Origin: an uncultured Chitinophaga sp.
GTDB lineage: Bacteria > Bacteroidota > Bacteroidia > Chitinophagales > Chitinophagaceae
Assembly: GCA_964399755.1 (NCBI GenBank)
Contig: CAYNSL010000003.1
Location: forward strand, 840-64,839
Length of the DNA: 64,000 nt
Direction of reading: 5' to 3'
The notes below the pieces were generated by a model. It saw nothing but the letters and a program-made list of their open reading frames with translations. It had not been told where the DNA came from and did not search any database. Below, piece after piece: positions 9,009 through 19,395 of this stretch. A program made the translations under genes and the position numbers. The first letter of the stretch is position 1. Each line of letters starts with the position of its first letter.

Positions 9009-10196
9009 ATGACCCTTTTGACGATTTTATTATGGCTCAGCCTGGGCATTTTGTTTTATTGCTATATCGGGTATGGCATGCTGGCCTTTATGGCCACGAA
9101 AGCGGGGGAATTATTACGGCCACGTATAAACGAAAATAAGGAACCGGTGTGGCTGCCTGTCACCCTGGTCGTAACCGCCTATAACGAGGAAGCAGTATTG
9201 CTGCAGAAAATCCGGAATATCCGGGAGCTTGATTATCCCCCGGAATTATTGCGCGTGCTCTTTGTTACCGACGGTTCGGCTGATAACTCGGCGTACCTCG
9301 TCGGACAATACCCCTTTATCACCCTGCTGCACCAGCCCGAACGGAAAGGAAAATATGCGGCCATCAAGCGGGCGATGCAGGCCGTGCAGACACCCATCGT
9401 TGTGTTCAGTGATGCCAATGCCATGCTGAACCCCGACAGCATCCGGAAACTGGTGGCGCATTACAGGGATCCGAAGGTCGGGGGCGTAGCGGGGGAGAAG
9501 AAGATCGTTGGCGGAAAGGATGCTTCCGCCGTAGGACAGGCGGAAGGCTGGTACTGGAAATATGAATCGCTGATGAAAAAGCTCGATGCGGGGTTATATA
9601 CGGTGGTGGGCGCGGCCGGTGAATTATTCTCCATCAGGACAAATTTGTTTACGGGTTTGAACGACGACCTGATCCTCGACGATTTCATCATTTCCATGCA
9701 GGTTTGCCAGCAGGGTTATAAAATAGAATATGAACCCGGCGCCTGGGCCACCGAATCGCCTTCGGTATCGCTGGCGGAAGAAGAGAAAAGAAAAATCCGT
9801 ATTGCCGCGGGGTCTTTCCAGTCACTCGCGTTTGTAAAGAACAGTTTCAATTTGTTCCGGCACCCCCTGCTGTCATTCCAGTTTATTTCACGCCGGCTGC
9901 TGCGCTGGGTTTTCTGTCCCCTGTTGCTGATCGGTTTACCGGTGCTAACGGTCATGATCATCAGCAGTCCCGGTCACCCCGTTTTATACAACTGGATCGG
10001 TATCGCCCAGCTTGTTTTTTACGGGGCGGCATTCGGAGGTTTCCTGCTGGTGCGCGCGGGTAAAAAAGCGGGGATCTTCAATATCCCGTTTTATTTTGTC
10101 TTCATGAATTATTGCCTGGTAAAAGGATTTGCCCGTTACATCCGGGGACGGCAAACCGTGCTCTGGGAAAAATCCCTGCGGCAGGCGGTCGAATAG
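9009..10196 (+). CDS. Glycosyltransferase family 2 (processive, PgaC/IcaA-like)
   Basis: VTAYNEE, VTDGSAD, GKYAAI, VFSDAN, LILDDF, EEEKRKIRIA; flanking TM helices. Start 9000 or 9009. Confidence 0.9.
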   Translation: MTLLTILLWLSLGILFYCYIGYGMLAFMATKAGELLRPRINENKEPVWLPVTLVVTAYNEEAVLLQKIRNIRELDYPPELLRVLFVTDGSADNSAYLVGQYPFITLLHQPERKGKYAAIKRAMQAVQTPIVVFSDANAMLNPDSIRKLVAHYRDPKVGGVAGEKKIVGGKDASAVGQAEGWYWKYESLMKKLDAGLYTVVGAAGELFSIRTNLFTGLNDDLILDDFIISMQVCQQGYKIEYEPGAWATESPSVSLAEEEKRKIRIAAGSFQSLAFVKNSFNLFRHPLLSFQFISRRLLRWVFCPLLLIGLPVLTVMIISSPGHPVLYNWIGIAQLVFYGAAFGGFLLVRAGKKAGIFNIPFYFVFMNYCLVKGFARYIRGRQTVLWEKSLRQAVE

Positions 10197-10240
10197 CCAT
10201 CCGGTCCGGTCTTCCTTCCTCTTACTCGTCGGGGAAAGAT

Positions 10241-10248
10241 TAAATTTG
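10241..10248 (+). promoter_or_regulatory. Bacteroidota sigma-A -7 element TAAATTTG (recG promoter)
   Basis: Exact TAnnTTTG consensus 16 nt before the proposed recG start. Confidence 0.6.
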
Positions 10249-10263
10249 CGGAAAGCCTGAGAT

Positions 10264-12396
10264 ATTTCTTCCGACGCCAATATATTATCCAGCCCGATCG
10301 AGTACCTGAAAGGCGTAGGCCCGCAGCGGGCCGATCTTCTCAAAAAAGAACTTCAGATTTTCAGTTTTGGCGACTTGCTGGAGCATTTTCCGTTCCGGCA
10401 TGTCGATAAATCAAAGATCAACCTCATCGGCGAGCTCAGTCCGCAGCTCGAATACGCGCAGGTAACGGGTGAACTGCTGACACTGGAAACAATGGGACAG
10501 CGGGCGGGCAAACGGCTCACCGGTCTGCTGAAAGATAATACCGGCACCATGGAACTTACCTGGTTCCAGGGCCTGAACTGGGTGCAGAAATCGCTTGAAA
10601 CAGGGCGTAGCTACCGGGTGTACGGAAGACTTGGTTTTTTCAACGGGCATCCGCAGATCATTCACCCGGAAATGGAATTACTGAAACCGGAAGAACCGGC
10701 GGCGAAGGATTTTCTGGAACCCGTTTATTCCACCACCGAAAAACTGAAGGCAAAGGGATTGGGCGCGCGGCCCCTTGCCCGGCTTACGCAAACGCTGATG
10801 GGAATGATCCGCGAAAAAGATATTCCCGAAATATTACCTTCTACCATTTTATCGGCTGTAAAACTGGTTAGCCGTTACCAGGCGTTCCGGCAAATTCATT
10901 TTCCGCGGACTATACCCGAATATGAAGACGCGGTAAAGCGGCTAAAATTTGAGGAACTCTTCATCGCGCAGTTGCGGATGGGGTTGCTGCGATCGGGGCG
11001 TCACCGCTTTTCAAAGGGAGCGGTATTCGATAAAGTGGGCTCTCTCTTCAATACATTCTATAAAGATCATCTTCCCTTCGAACTGACTGCCGCCCAGAAA
11101 AGGGTGATCCGGGAGATCAGGAACGATACGGCGAAAGGAAGACAAATGAACCGGCTGCTGCAGGGCGATGTGGGAAGCGGGAAAACGATCGTGGCCGTAT
11201 TGCTGATGCTCCTGGCCGCGGATAACTACAGGCCTTCGGATGGCCAGCACTATCAATCATGCCTGATGGCGCCCACCGAGATCCTCGCCCGTCAGCATTT
11301 CAATACCATCAGCGCCCTGCTGGCGAAAATGGATGTTCCGGTCCGCCTGCTGACGGGTTCCACAAAATCGGCCGAAAGGAAAAAAATATTAAAAGACCTT
11401 GAAGAAGGCACCCTGAAAATCCTGATCGGCACCCATGCCGTCATTGAAGAAGCGGTGCAGTTCCGCAACCTCGGACTGGTGATCATTGATGAACAACACC
11501 GCTTCGGGGTGGAACAGCGGGCGCGGCTCTGGCAAAAAGCGGAGGTACCGCCCCATGTGCTGGTAATGACCGCCACGCCCATTCCCCGCACCCTGGCCAT
11601 GACGGCCTACGGAGATCTTGATTACAGCGTGATCGATGAACTGCCACCCGGGAGGAAACCCGTGACCACGGTGCACCGGTATGAAAGCCAGCGGAGCAAA
11701 GTGATGGATTTTATCCGGGAGGAAATCGCGAAGGGAAGACAGGCCTATATTATTTTTCCGCTGATCGAAGAAAGCGATAAACTGGATTACGAAAACCTGA
11801 TGAAAGGGTACGAAAATGTAAAAGCCTATTTCCCGGAACCCCGATACTGGATCAGCATGGTGCATGGCCGGCAGCCCGCAGAACAAAAGCAGAACAACAT
11901 GAAACGGTTTATTGAAAAAGATACGCAGATCATGGTTTCCACCACCGTGATCGAAGTGGGTGTGGATGTACCCAATGCTTCGGTGATGGTGATCGAAAGC
12001 GCGGAGAAATTCGGCCTTTCACAACTGCACCAGTTGCGCGGCCGGGTGGGGCGGGGCGCGGAAAAAAGCTATTGTATTTTATTAACCGGGCCGAAACTGG
12101 GTGCCGATGCGCGCGAAAGGATCCGGGTAATGGTTTCTACCGGCAACGGCTTCGAAATTGCGGAAAAAGACCTTGAACTGCGCGGCCCGGGTGAAATTGA
12201 AGGAACCCGGCAAAGCGGGGCCTTAAACTTTAAGCTGGCAAACATAGTCCAAGACCGCGACTGGCTTGAAATAGCTAAAAAATTATCGGAAAGATTACTG
12301 GAAGAAGACCCCGATCTTAATTCGGCCGAAAATTTGCGGCTGAAGAACTTCCTCCGGCAAAAGAAGGGCCCGGTGGCCTGGAGCCGTATTTCCTGA
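10264..12396 (+). CDS. recG: ATP-dependent DNA helicase RecG
   Basis: MNRLLQGDVGSGKT, MAPTEILARQH, IIDEQHRFGV, MTATPIPRTL, QLHQLRGRVGRG, DLELRGPG. The frame is open upstream of the ORF-track TTG (10375) to a stop at 10258-10260 and contains the conserved 'IEYLKGVGPQRA', so the start is proposed at ATT 10264 (or ATA 10282). Confidence 0.95.
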   Translation: MSSDANILSSPIEYLKGVGPQRADLLKKELQIFSFGDLLEHFPFRHVDKSKINLIGELSPQLEYAQVTGELLTLETMGQRAGKRLTGLLKDNTGTMELTWFQGLNWVQKSLETGRSYRVYGRLGFFNGHPQIIHPEMELLKPEEPAAKDFLEPVYSTTEKLKAKGLGARPLARLTQTLMGMIREKDIPEILPSTILSAVKLVSRYQAFRQIHFPRTIPEYEDAVKRLKFEELFIAQLRMGLLRSGRHRFSKGAVFDKVGSLFNTFYKDHLPFELTAAQKRVIREIRNDTAKGRQMNRLLQGDVGSGKTIVAVLLMLLAADNYRPSDGQHYQSCLMAPTEILARQHFNTISALLAKMDVPVRLLTGSTKSAERKKILKDLEEGTLKILIGTHAVIEEAVQFRNLGLVIIDEQHRFGVEQRARLWQKAEVPPHVLVMTATPIPRTLAMTAYGDLDYSVIDELPPGRKPVTTVHRYESQRSKVMDFIREEIAKGRQAYIIFPLIEESDKLDYENLMKGYENVKAYFPEPRYWISMVHGRQPAEQKQNNMKRFIEKDTQIMVSTTVIEVGVDVPNASVMVIESAEKFGLSQLHQLRGRVGRGAEKSYCILLTGPKLGADARERIRVMVSTGNGFEIAEKDLELRGPGEIEGTRQSGALNFKLANIVQDRDWLEIAKKLSERLLEEDPDLNSAENLRLKNFLRQKKGPVAWSRIS

Positions 12397-12498
12397 TGGT
12401 TTTTCCTGCTTTTTCGGGAAAAAAGGCACTGCGGATGAATTGTGACAGATAAATTACACAACAGGTGATTCTTAACAGAAGATTTCAATCCGAATCTG

Positions 12499-15400
12499 AT
12501 GAAATTTGGTTACTTTAATACAAAGATTTTTACCCTGAAACGACTCCTGCTCTTTACCTCCCTTTTCATTCCTGCCCTAACGGCCCTGGCGCAGGGGAAT
12601 ATTGAATTTATCGAAAACAAAGGCCAGTGGGACAAGCAGGTCCTCTACATGGGCCGCGTCAGCAACGGCGCTTTTTTCATCCGCAAAGACGGTTTCAGTG
12701 TGGCACAGCAAAACGCGGGCGATCTGTCCGACATTTACCGGCTTATACACGAGGGTGGTCCCCGGCCCGATAAAATGCAGATCAGGGGTCATATGATCCG
12801 GGTCGATTTTGTCGGGGCTTCCCCGCAAACGGTTGTTGTCCCCGAAAAAAAGATCGCCACCTACAATAATTATTTTATCGGGGACGACACATCCAAATGG
12901 GCCGAAGGCTGCCGGATCTATCAGGTGGTGACCGCGCAGAATATTTACCCGGGTGTAGACGTTCGGTTTTATACAGATAATAATTTTCTCAAGTATGATA
13001 TCATCGCAAAACCAGGTGCGGATATTTCAAAGATTGCGATGAAATACCAGGGAGCCGATCAACTGCGTGTCAGCAACAAAAAATTACTGATCGGCACTTC
13101 GCTGGGTGAACTCGGGGAATCGATGCCCGAGAGTTACCAGTCGGGTCGGGAAGGGCGCAAAGAAGTGAACTGTAAATATGTGGTGAAAGGGGATATCGTG
13201 CGTTTTGCCGTAAAAGACTATGATCCTTCCGCCACGCTTGTCATCGACCCCAGCGTTACATTTTGTTCATTTTCGGGAAGCCTGGCCGATAACTGGGGCT
13301 TCACGGCTACGTATGGTCCCGATAACAGCATGTTTGGCGGCGGTATTGTTTTTGGTGATGGTTTTCAGTCCAGTTTCCCCCCGGGTTCCTACCAGACAAA
13401 ATTCCAGGGCGGACCCTTTGACATTGGCATCATCAAACTCACGTCCGACGGAACCAACCGGGTTTATGCAACCTATATCGGAGGCTCGGGAGAAGAACAG
13501 CCGCACAGTCTCTTTGCAGATAACGCCGGGAACCTCGTGATCGCGGGCCGCACCAATTCCCCGAAATCCGGAGCGGGCGCTTACCCGGTAAAAGATCCGG
13601 CTAACGATATTATCGGCGCCTGCGGCAGCTATGATATTGTCGTCACCAAACTCAATGCCACCGGTACGGCGATCATCGGCTCGAAGCGTTTCGGCGGAAC
13701 AGATAAAGATGGTGTAAACATCAGCGAGGTGAGGGCACTCGGTACCACATCGCTCCTGCGTAACTACGGTGATGACGGGCGCAGCGAAGTGATCATCGAC
13801 GAGTCCGGAAATATTTATGTAGCTTCCTGTACCCAGTCAACCGCTTCATCCGCCGCCAATAATTTCCCGGTGCGCGGAACGCCTTTTCAATCCACCCCGG
13901 GCGGGAGCCAGGACGGCGTGCTGATCAAACTGAGTCCGGACCTGAGCAACGTTCTTTTCTGCAGCTATCTCGGCGGCAATAATAACGATGCCGCCTATGT
14001 GCTTTCGATCGGTCCCGGGGGAAATATCTATGTCGCGGGCGGAACAGAAAGCACCGCCGCCAGTTTTCCGGGCAATGAGGCCGGTACGATCGGTACCGAT
14101 AACCACGGTGGTGTAGACGGTTTTATCGCCGAGATCAGCAATAACGGATCAACGGTAATACGTTCAACATTCCTGGGTACGAACGGCGCTGACCAGATAT
14201 ACGGCATCCAGTTCGATAAAAACGGGTTTCCCTATGTTATGGGACAAACAACCGGTACATGGCCCGTAACGCCGGGAACCCCGACATATGGTAGTCCTGC
14301 CGGCAAACAATTCATTGCAAAACTGCAACCCGATCTCTCCGCCTTTGTCTATTCAACTGTTTTTGGTACCGGTTCGCTTACACCCAATATTTCACCCGTG
14401 GCCTTCCTCGTCGACCGCTGTGAAAACGTTTACATTTCGGGCTGGGGTGGTTATTACGGGCTGACCAACTGGTACAGCAGCGCGGGTACGACGGGTCTTC
14501 CCGTCACCGCCGACGCGATAAAATCCACAACCGATGGAAAAGATTTTTATTTTTTCGTCATTAAGAAAGACGCCGTACAGCAATTATTCGGCAGCTTTTT
14601 CGGCGAGTTTAACCGCCCCGGTTATGGATGCGACCACGTGGACGGCGGGACGAGCCGCTTTGATAAGAATGGCATCATCTACCAGGCCATTTGCGCCAAC
14701 TGTAATCTCGACCCGCAGGGACAGCCTAATTTCCCCACCACCGCCGGCGTTTGGGCCCCGGTGAATAATTCCAGTACCCGTGCGCAATGTAACCTGGCCA
14801 TGCTCAAGATCAATATGGACCTTGCGGGCGTACTGGGTCATGTGCAGTCTTCCATCAACGGTGTGCCCCGCGATACAGCCGGCTGTCTTCCGCTGCTGGT
14901 CAATTTCAGGGATACGATCGCGAACGCGGTTTCCTATGAATGGGATTTCGGGGATGGCTCGCCCGTTATTACCACTACCGTACCTGATACATCACATACC
15001 TACACGGCCGTGGGCGTTTACCGGGTCAGACTGATCGCGATCGACCTGTCTACCTGCAACCAGCGCGATACTTCTTATGTGAACATCCGCGTGGGCGACC
15101 TGAAAGCAAACCTGGCAGCTAATTACACAAAACTTCCGCCCTGTACCGCTTTCCAGTACCGGTTTGATAATTTATCAACAACAGATGTAACCAGGCCTTT
15201 CCAGGACACATCCTTTGCCTGGAATTTCGGCGACGGCAGCCCTTCTGTCATCAGCGGAATGAGCCCGGTGAATCATACCTTCCCCGGACCCGGTACCTAT
15301 AAAGTAAAACTGATCCTGAAGGATACCGCCTATTGCAATAACCCGGATACCTTTTTTATCGATCTCTCCGTGGCTGAAAATGTAAAAGCGCAATTTGTTA

Positions 15401-16149
15401 CGCCTGCCGTGGGCTGTCTTCCGTATAAGGCGGTATTTGATAATACCAGCATCGCCGGGGAAACCTGGCAATGGGATTTTGGCGACGGCAACAGTTCCAC
15501 CGGTTTTGAACCTACACATGACTATACCGCCACCGGCACCTACCAGGTCGTACTGATCGCCTCGAATCCCAATACCTGCAATCTCACGGATACTTTCCGT
15601 TTTACCATTACCGTATTCGACCGGCCCGTGCCCGGGTTCGCATATGCGCCCGACCCGCCGCTGGAGAATACACCGACTAATTTCACCAACAACTCTTCGC
15701 CCGACGCCGTTCGTTTCAAATGGAATTTCGGCGACGGCGACAGCCTGCTCACCAATTCAAGGGCCCTCGTGCAGCACCAGTACAATTCAACCGGCACCTT
15801 TACTGCCTGCCTGACCGCCTATAATGCGGTGGGCTGCGACAGCACGATCTGCAAACCGGTGAAAGCGGTGATCGTTCCGGTGGTGGATGTGCCCAATGCC
15901 TTTACACCGATGAGCGGGGATATCAACAGCGTGGTTGCCGTAAAAGGTTTTGGCATCGGCAAGATGCAATTCACGATCTGGAACCGCTGGGGACAGAAAG
16001 TATTCGAGACCACGGATCGCTTCAGGGGATGGGATGGCCGTGTAAAGGGCGTGGTACAACCGATGGATGTATATGTGTACACGCTGAACATAGAATTTAC
16101 AGATGGCACTAAAACAACTAAAAAGGGTGATATTACGTTAATAAGATAA
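12499..16149 (+). CDS. Secreted PKD-domain/beta-propeller (SBBP-like) protein with T9SS type B (gliding motility-associated) C-terminal domain
   Basis: N-terminal FIENKGQW; repeated 'S.YLGG...D' blades; four 'WDFGDG' PKD repeats; C-terminal 'VPNAFTP...IWNRWGQKVF...GWDG...YVY...KGDITLIR'. Confidence 0.9.
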   Translation: MKFGYFNTKIFTLKRLLLFTSLFIPALTALAQGNIEFIENKGQWDKQVLYMGRVSNGAFFIRKDGFSVAQQNAGDLSDIYRLIHEGGPRPDKMQIRGHMIRVDFVGASPQTVVVPEKKIATYNNYFIGDDTSKWAEGCRIYQVVTAQNIYPGVDVRFYTDNNFLKYDIIAKPGADISKIAMKYQGADQLRVSNKKLLIGTSLGELGESMPESYQSGREGRKEVNCKYVVKGDIVRFAVKDYDPSATLVIDPSVTFCSFSGSLADNWGFTATYGPDNSMFGGGIVFGDGFQSSFPPGSYQTKFQGGPFDIGIIKLTSDGTNRVYATYIGGSGEEQPHSLFADNAGNLVIAGRTNSPKSGAGAYPVKDPANDIIGACGSYDIVVTKLNATGTAIIGSKRFGGTDKDGVNISEVRALGTTSLLRNYGDDGRSEVIIDESGNIYVASCTQSTASSAANNFPVRGTPFQSTPGGSQDGVLIKLSPDLSNVLFCSYLGGNNNDAAYVLSIGPGGNIYVAGGTESTAASFPGNEAGTIGTDNHGGVDGFIAEISNNGSTVIRSTFLGTNGADQIYGIQFDKNGFPYVMGQTTGTWPVTPGTPTYGSPAGKQFIAKLQPDLSAFVYSTVFGTGSLTPNISPVAFLVDRCENVYISGWGGYYGLTNWYSSAGTTGLPVTADAIKSTTDGKDFYFFVIKKDAVQQLFGSFFGEFNRPGYGCDHVDGGTSRFDKNGIIYQAICANCNLDPQGQPNFPTTAGVWAPVNNSSTRAQCNLAMLKINMDLAGVLGHVQSSINGVPRDTAGCLPLLVNFRDTIANAVSYEWDFGDGSPVITTTVPDTSHTYTAVGVYRVRLIAIDLSTCNQRDTSYVNIRVGDLKANLAANYTKLPPCTAFQYRFDNLSTTDVTRPFQDTSFAWNFGDGSPSVISGMSPVNHTFPGPGTYKVKLILKDTAYCNNPDTFFIDLSVAENVKAQFVTPAVGCLPYKAVFDNTSIAGETWQWDFGDGNSSTGFEPTHDYTATGTYQVVLIASNPNTCNLTDTFRFTITVFDRPVPGFAYAPDPPLENTPTNFTNNSSPDAVRFKWNFGDGDSLLTNSRALVQHQYNSTGTFTACLTAYNAVGCDSTICKPVKAVIVPVVDVPNAFTPMSGDINSVVAVKGFGIGKMQFTIWNRWGQKVFETTDRFRGWDGRVKGVVQPMDVYVYTLNIEFTDGTKTTKKGDITLIR

Positions 16150-16197
16150 ATGCGGGAATGGGTTAATGCGGAAATGAGCGCATGATGATGAAGTAAT

Positions 16198-17241
16198 ATG
16201 AAAAGACTTAATAAAATAGGATCCTTTTTCGCCGCTGTGCTGTTCATGGTGCCTGTTGCAGCGGGACAGGATCTTCATTTTTCGCAGTTCTTCAATTCGC
16301 CCCTGCTGACGAATCCCGCCAATACCGGGTTTATACCCGACGGGGATTACCGCCTCGGTATCAATTACCGCAATCAATGGGCTTCCGTAACGGCATTTCC
16401 CTATAAAACTATGAGCGCTTTCGGTGATGTGCAGACCATGCAGAACCGCGATAATACCGGCTGGCTGGGTCTGGGCGGCGTGATCCTGCGCGATGTGGCG
16501 GGAACCGGCGCGCTTACTTCCACCAAAATCTACGGGTCCATTGCTTACCACCAGATGATCGATGCGGGAAGCCTGGTCAGCCTCGGTTTCAACGTGGGCT
16601 GGGCCAACAAGAATATCAATACCGCCAACCTTACCTTCCCCGCGCAATGGAACGGTAAGTTCTTCGACGTTCACCAAACCGGCGCGGCGGCAAAACTGGA
16701 TGCGAACAATATCAACTATATCGACCTGCAGGTGGGGATGAACTACGCCTATTTCCCGAGTAGTAATATATACCTGAATGCGGGAGTATCCGCGATGCAT
16801 GTCAACAGGCCCCGCGAATCTTTCTTCAATCAAACATCCGGCGTGGATAACCATGTTCCGGTTCGCTATACCGCATTTCTGAACGGCAGTTTCAAACTGA
16901 ATGACCGGGTGATCGTGAACCCGAATATATACGGATCGATGCAGGCAAAATCATGGGAGATCGTGGGTGGATTGAACGCGCACTATAATCTCTCGGGCGA
17001 TGGCGAGAAAGAACTGGTGGCCGGCGTTTATTACCGTTACCGGGATGCGATTGTTCCCATGATCGGTTTGGGATACAACGATATCATGTTTACATTCAGT
17101 TATGATGTCACCACGTCCTCCCTCAGCAATTACAATAATGCACGCGGGGCTTTTGAATTTTCCCTGATCAAACAGGGCGTGCTGGACCGCTACAACGGCA
17201 ACCGCCGCGAATCGATGTGTCCCTCCTTCAAATCCTATTGA
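16198..17241 (+). CDS. PorP/SprF family T9SS outer-membrane protein
   Basis: QDLHFSQFFNSPLLTNPANTG, INYRNQW, FSYDVTTSSL; directly downstream of a type B CTD cargo gene. Confidence 0.9.
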   Translation: MKRLNKIGSFFAAVLFMVPVAAGQDLHFSQFFNSPLLTNPANTGFIPDGDYRLGINYRNQWASVTAFPYKTMSAFGDVQTMQNRDNTGWLGLGGVILRDVAGTGALTSTKIYGSIAYHQMIDAGSLVSLGFNVGWANKNINTANLTFPAQWNGKFFDVHQTGAAAKLDANNINYIDLQVGMNYAYFPSSNIYLNAGVSAMHVNRPRESFFNQTSGVDNHVPVRYTAFLNGSFKLNDRVIVNPNIYGSMQAKSWEIVGGLNAHYNLSGDGEKELVAGVYYRYRDAIVPMIGLGYNDIMFTFSYDVTTSSLSNYNNARGAFEFSLIKQGVLDRYNGNRRESMCPSFKSY

Positions 17242-17296
17242 TCCTTTCCCGTTTCCCCGATAATTCCGATTTTTACGCAGTTTTAAAACGCAAACC

Positions 17297-18712
17297 ATGG
17301 GAACCGTCGCCGCCAGTACAATCAGCAGTCAGCATATTAGCGCTTTCCGTAAAATCCTTGGGGAAGACTATGTCCTGGTGGATGAGGAATCGCTTCATCA
17401 CTACTCCCATGATGAAACGGAAGACCTGCATTATCCTCCCGAAGTGGTCCTGAAGCCCCGGACCGCCGAAGAAATCAGCGCCATTCTCCGTATCTGCAAT
17501 AATGATAGGATACCCGTTACACCCCGCGGCGCGGGTACGGGACTCAGCGGGGGCGCCCTGCCGCACCTGGGCGGAGTACTGCTGTCTACCGAAAGGATGA
17601 ACGCCATCCTGGATATCGATGAGCGGAACCTGCAGGTGACCACGGAGCCGGGCGTGATCACGGAAGTGCTGCAAAATGCCGTGAAAGAAAAAAAATTATT
17701 CTACCCGCCCGATCCCAGCAGCCGCGGCTCCTGTTTTATCGGCGGCAATATTTCCGAAAACAGCGGAGGCCCCAAGGCCGTAAAATACGGGGTGGTAAAA
17801 GACTATGTGCTGAACCTGGAAATGGTATTGCCATCGGGCGAAATCATCTGGACCGGCGCCAATGTACTGAAGAACGCAACAGGATATAACCTCACGCAAC
17901 TGGTAGTGGGCAGCGAAGGAACACTGGGCATTGTAACAAAAATCGTGTTGCGCCTGATCCCCCTTCCGCAGCACGACCTGCTGATGCTGGTCCCTTTCAA
18001 TGCGGCGGAAAATGCCTGCGCAGCGGTAAGCGCCATCTTCCGCGCAGGCTATACGCCCAGCGCCATGGAGTTCATGGAACGCGACGCGCTGGAATGGGTG
18101 AGCCGTTTTCTCGACAACCGGTCGGTGACGATCGGTGAGGGGGTGCAGGCCCACCTGCTGATCGAAGTGGATGGAAATAATATGGACCTGCTGATGCAGG
18201 AGATCGAAGGCATTTCGGAGATCGTGCAGCGGTTTGATTGCGGTGATATTCTCTTTGCCGATGACGCGCAGCAAAAAGCGGAACTCTGGAAAATGCGGAG
18301 GCGGGTGGGGGAAGCGGTCAAATCGCATTCCATCTACAAGGAAGAAGATACGGTGGTTCCCCGCGCCGAACTGCCGGTGCTTTTAAAAGGTGTGAAAGCA
18401 ATCGGGAAAAAATACGGGTTTCATTCCGTCTGTTACGGGCATGCCGGCGATGGAAACCTGCATGTAAATATTATTAAGGGGGATTTAACAGACGAAGCCT
18501 GGAACGGTTCGTTAAAAGATGGGATTAGGGAGATATTTGCACTGGTAAAACAACTGGGGGGCACGCTCAGCGGCGAACACGGGATCGGGTTGGTGCAGAA
18601 AGAGTTTATGGAGATCGTCTTTAATGACACCCAGCTCCGGCTGATGCGGGAGATCAAGAGAATTTTTGACCCGAACAATATCCTGAACGCGGGAAAAATT
18701 TTCCCGGAATAA
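17297..18712 (+). CDS. FAD-linked oxidase, glycolate oxidase GlcD / D-lactate dehydrogenase-like
   Basis: RGAGTGLSGGA, YPPDPSS, IGGNISENSGG, GSEGTLGIV, GHAGDGNLH, SGEHGIG, DPNNILNAGK. Confidence 0.9.
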   Translation: MGTVAASTISSQHISAFRKILGEDYVLVDEESLHHYSHDETEDLHYPPEVVLKPRTAEEISAILRICNNDRIPVTPRGAGTGLSGGALPHLGGVLLSTERMNAILDIDERNLQVTTEPGVITEVLQNAVKEKKLFYPPDPSSRGSCFIGGNISENSGGPKAVKYGVVKDYVLNLEMVLPSGEIIWTGANVLKNATGYNLTQLVVGSEGTLGIVTKIVLRLIPLPQHDLLMLVPFNAAENACAAVSAIFRAGYTPSAMEFMERDALEWVSRFLDNRSVTIGEGVQAHLLIEVDGNNMDLLMQEIEGISEIVQRFDCGDILFADDAQQKAELWKMRRRVGEAVKSHSIYKEEDTVVPRAELPVLLKGVKAIGKKYGFHSVCYGHAGDGNLHVNIIKGDLTDEAWNGSLKDGIREIFALVKQLGGTLSGEHGIGLVQKEFMEIVFNDTQLRLMREIKRIFDPNNILNAGKIFPE

Positions 18713-18765
18713 AAACTGGTACGTTTTTTTTGAACGAATAAGCGAAAAGCATTATTAAAAGTCCC

Positions 18766-19395
18766 ATGAAGATGAAAAAACAAATGTTAATCCTGCTATT
18801 GCCCGTTTTGCTGGGCGGTACCCTGCGGGCCCAGGACAAGGAAGAAAAAGAACCCGAAAAAGGATTTAAAAAGGAAAACCTGTTTACCGGGGGCAGCGTT
18901 TCCCTTGCATTTTACAATAACACGTTCCTGGTCGGGGCCAGTCCCGTGTTCGGGTACAGTCTTACCAACTGGACCGACCTCGGTGTGGTGATCAATTACA
19001 ATTACACATCGTACCGCGACGTATATGAATTTGACGACCACCTGCGCCAGGCGGTGTACGGCGGCGGCGCCTTCCTGAAAATATACCCGGTACGTTTCCT
19101 GTTTGCCCAGGCCCAGTATGAACACAACTGGATCAAACAAAAATACCTGCCCGCGCCGGGCAGCCTGCGCACCAAAGAAATCGTGAAATACGGGTCCAAC
19201 AGTTTCCTGATCGGCGGCGGCTATACCACCGGCCGGTGGGGAAGGGGCGGCGGACCTTTTTACTACCTCTCGGTATTGTTCGATGTAAGCGGCGATATCA
19301 ATTCTCCCTATACCGACGCGTATGGTCGCACGATTCCCATCATCCGCGGCGGTATCCAGGTGCCGCTTTTCCAGGGAGGAAACAAGGGTCGCTGA
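18766..19395 (+). CDS. Hypothetical outer-membrane beta-barrel protein
   Basis: Signal peptide ending LRA-Q; alternating aromatic/Gly strands (VGASPVFGYSL, FLFAQAQYE). Confidence 0.7.
   Translation: MKMKKQMLILLLPVLLGGTLRAQDKEEKEPEKGFKKENLFTGGSVSLAFYNNTFLVGASPVFGYSLTNWTDLGVVINYNYTSYRDVYEFDDHLRQAVYGGGAFLKIYPVRFLFAQAQYEHNWIKQKYLPAPGSLRTKEIVKYGSNSFLIGGGYTTGRWGRGGGPFYYLSVLFDVSGDINSPYTDAYGRTIPIIRGGIQVPLFQGGNKGR

Noticed and set aside
12499-17241. PKD protein plus PorP/SprF pair as a novel system
   Set aside because: Type B CTD cargo adjacent to a cognate PorP/SprF is an established T9SS arrangement.
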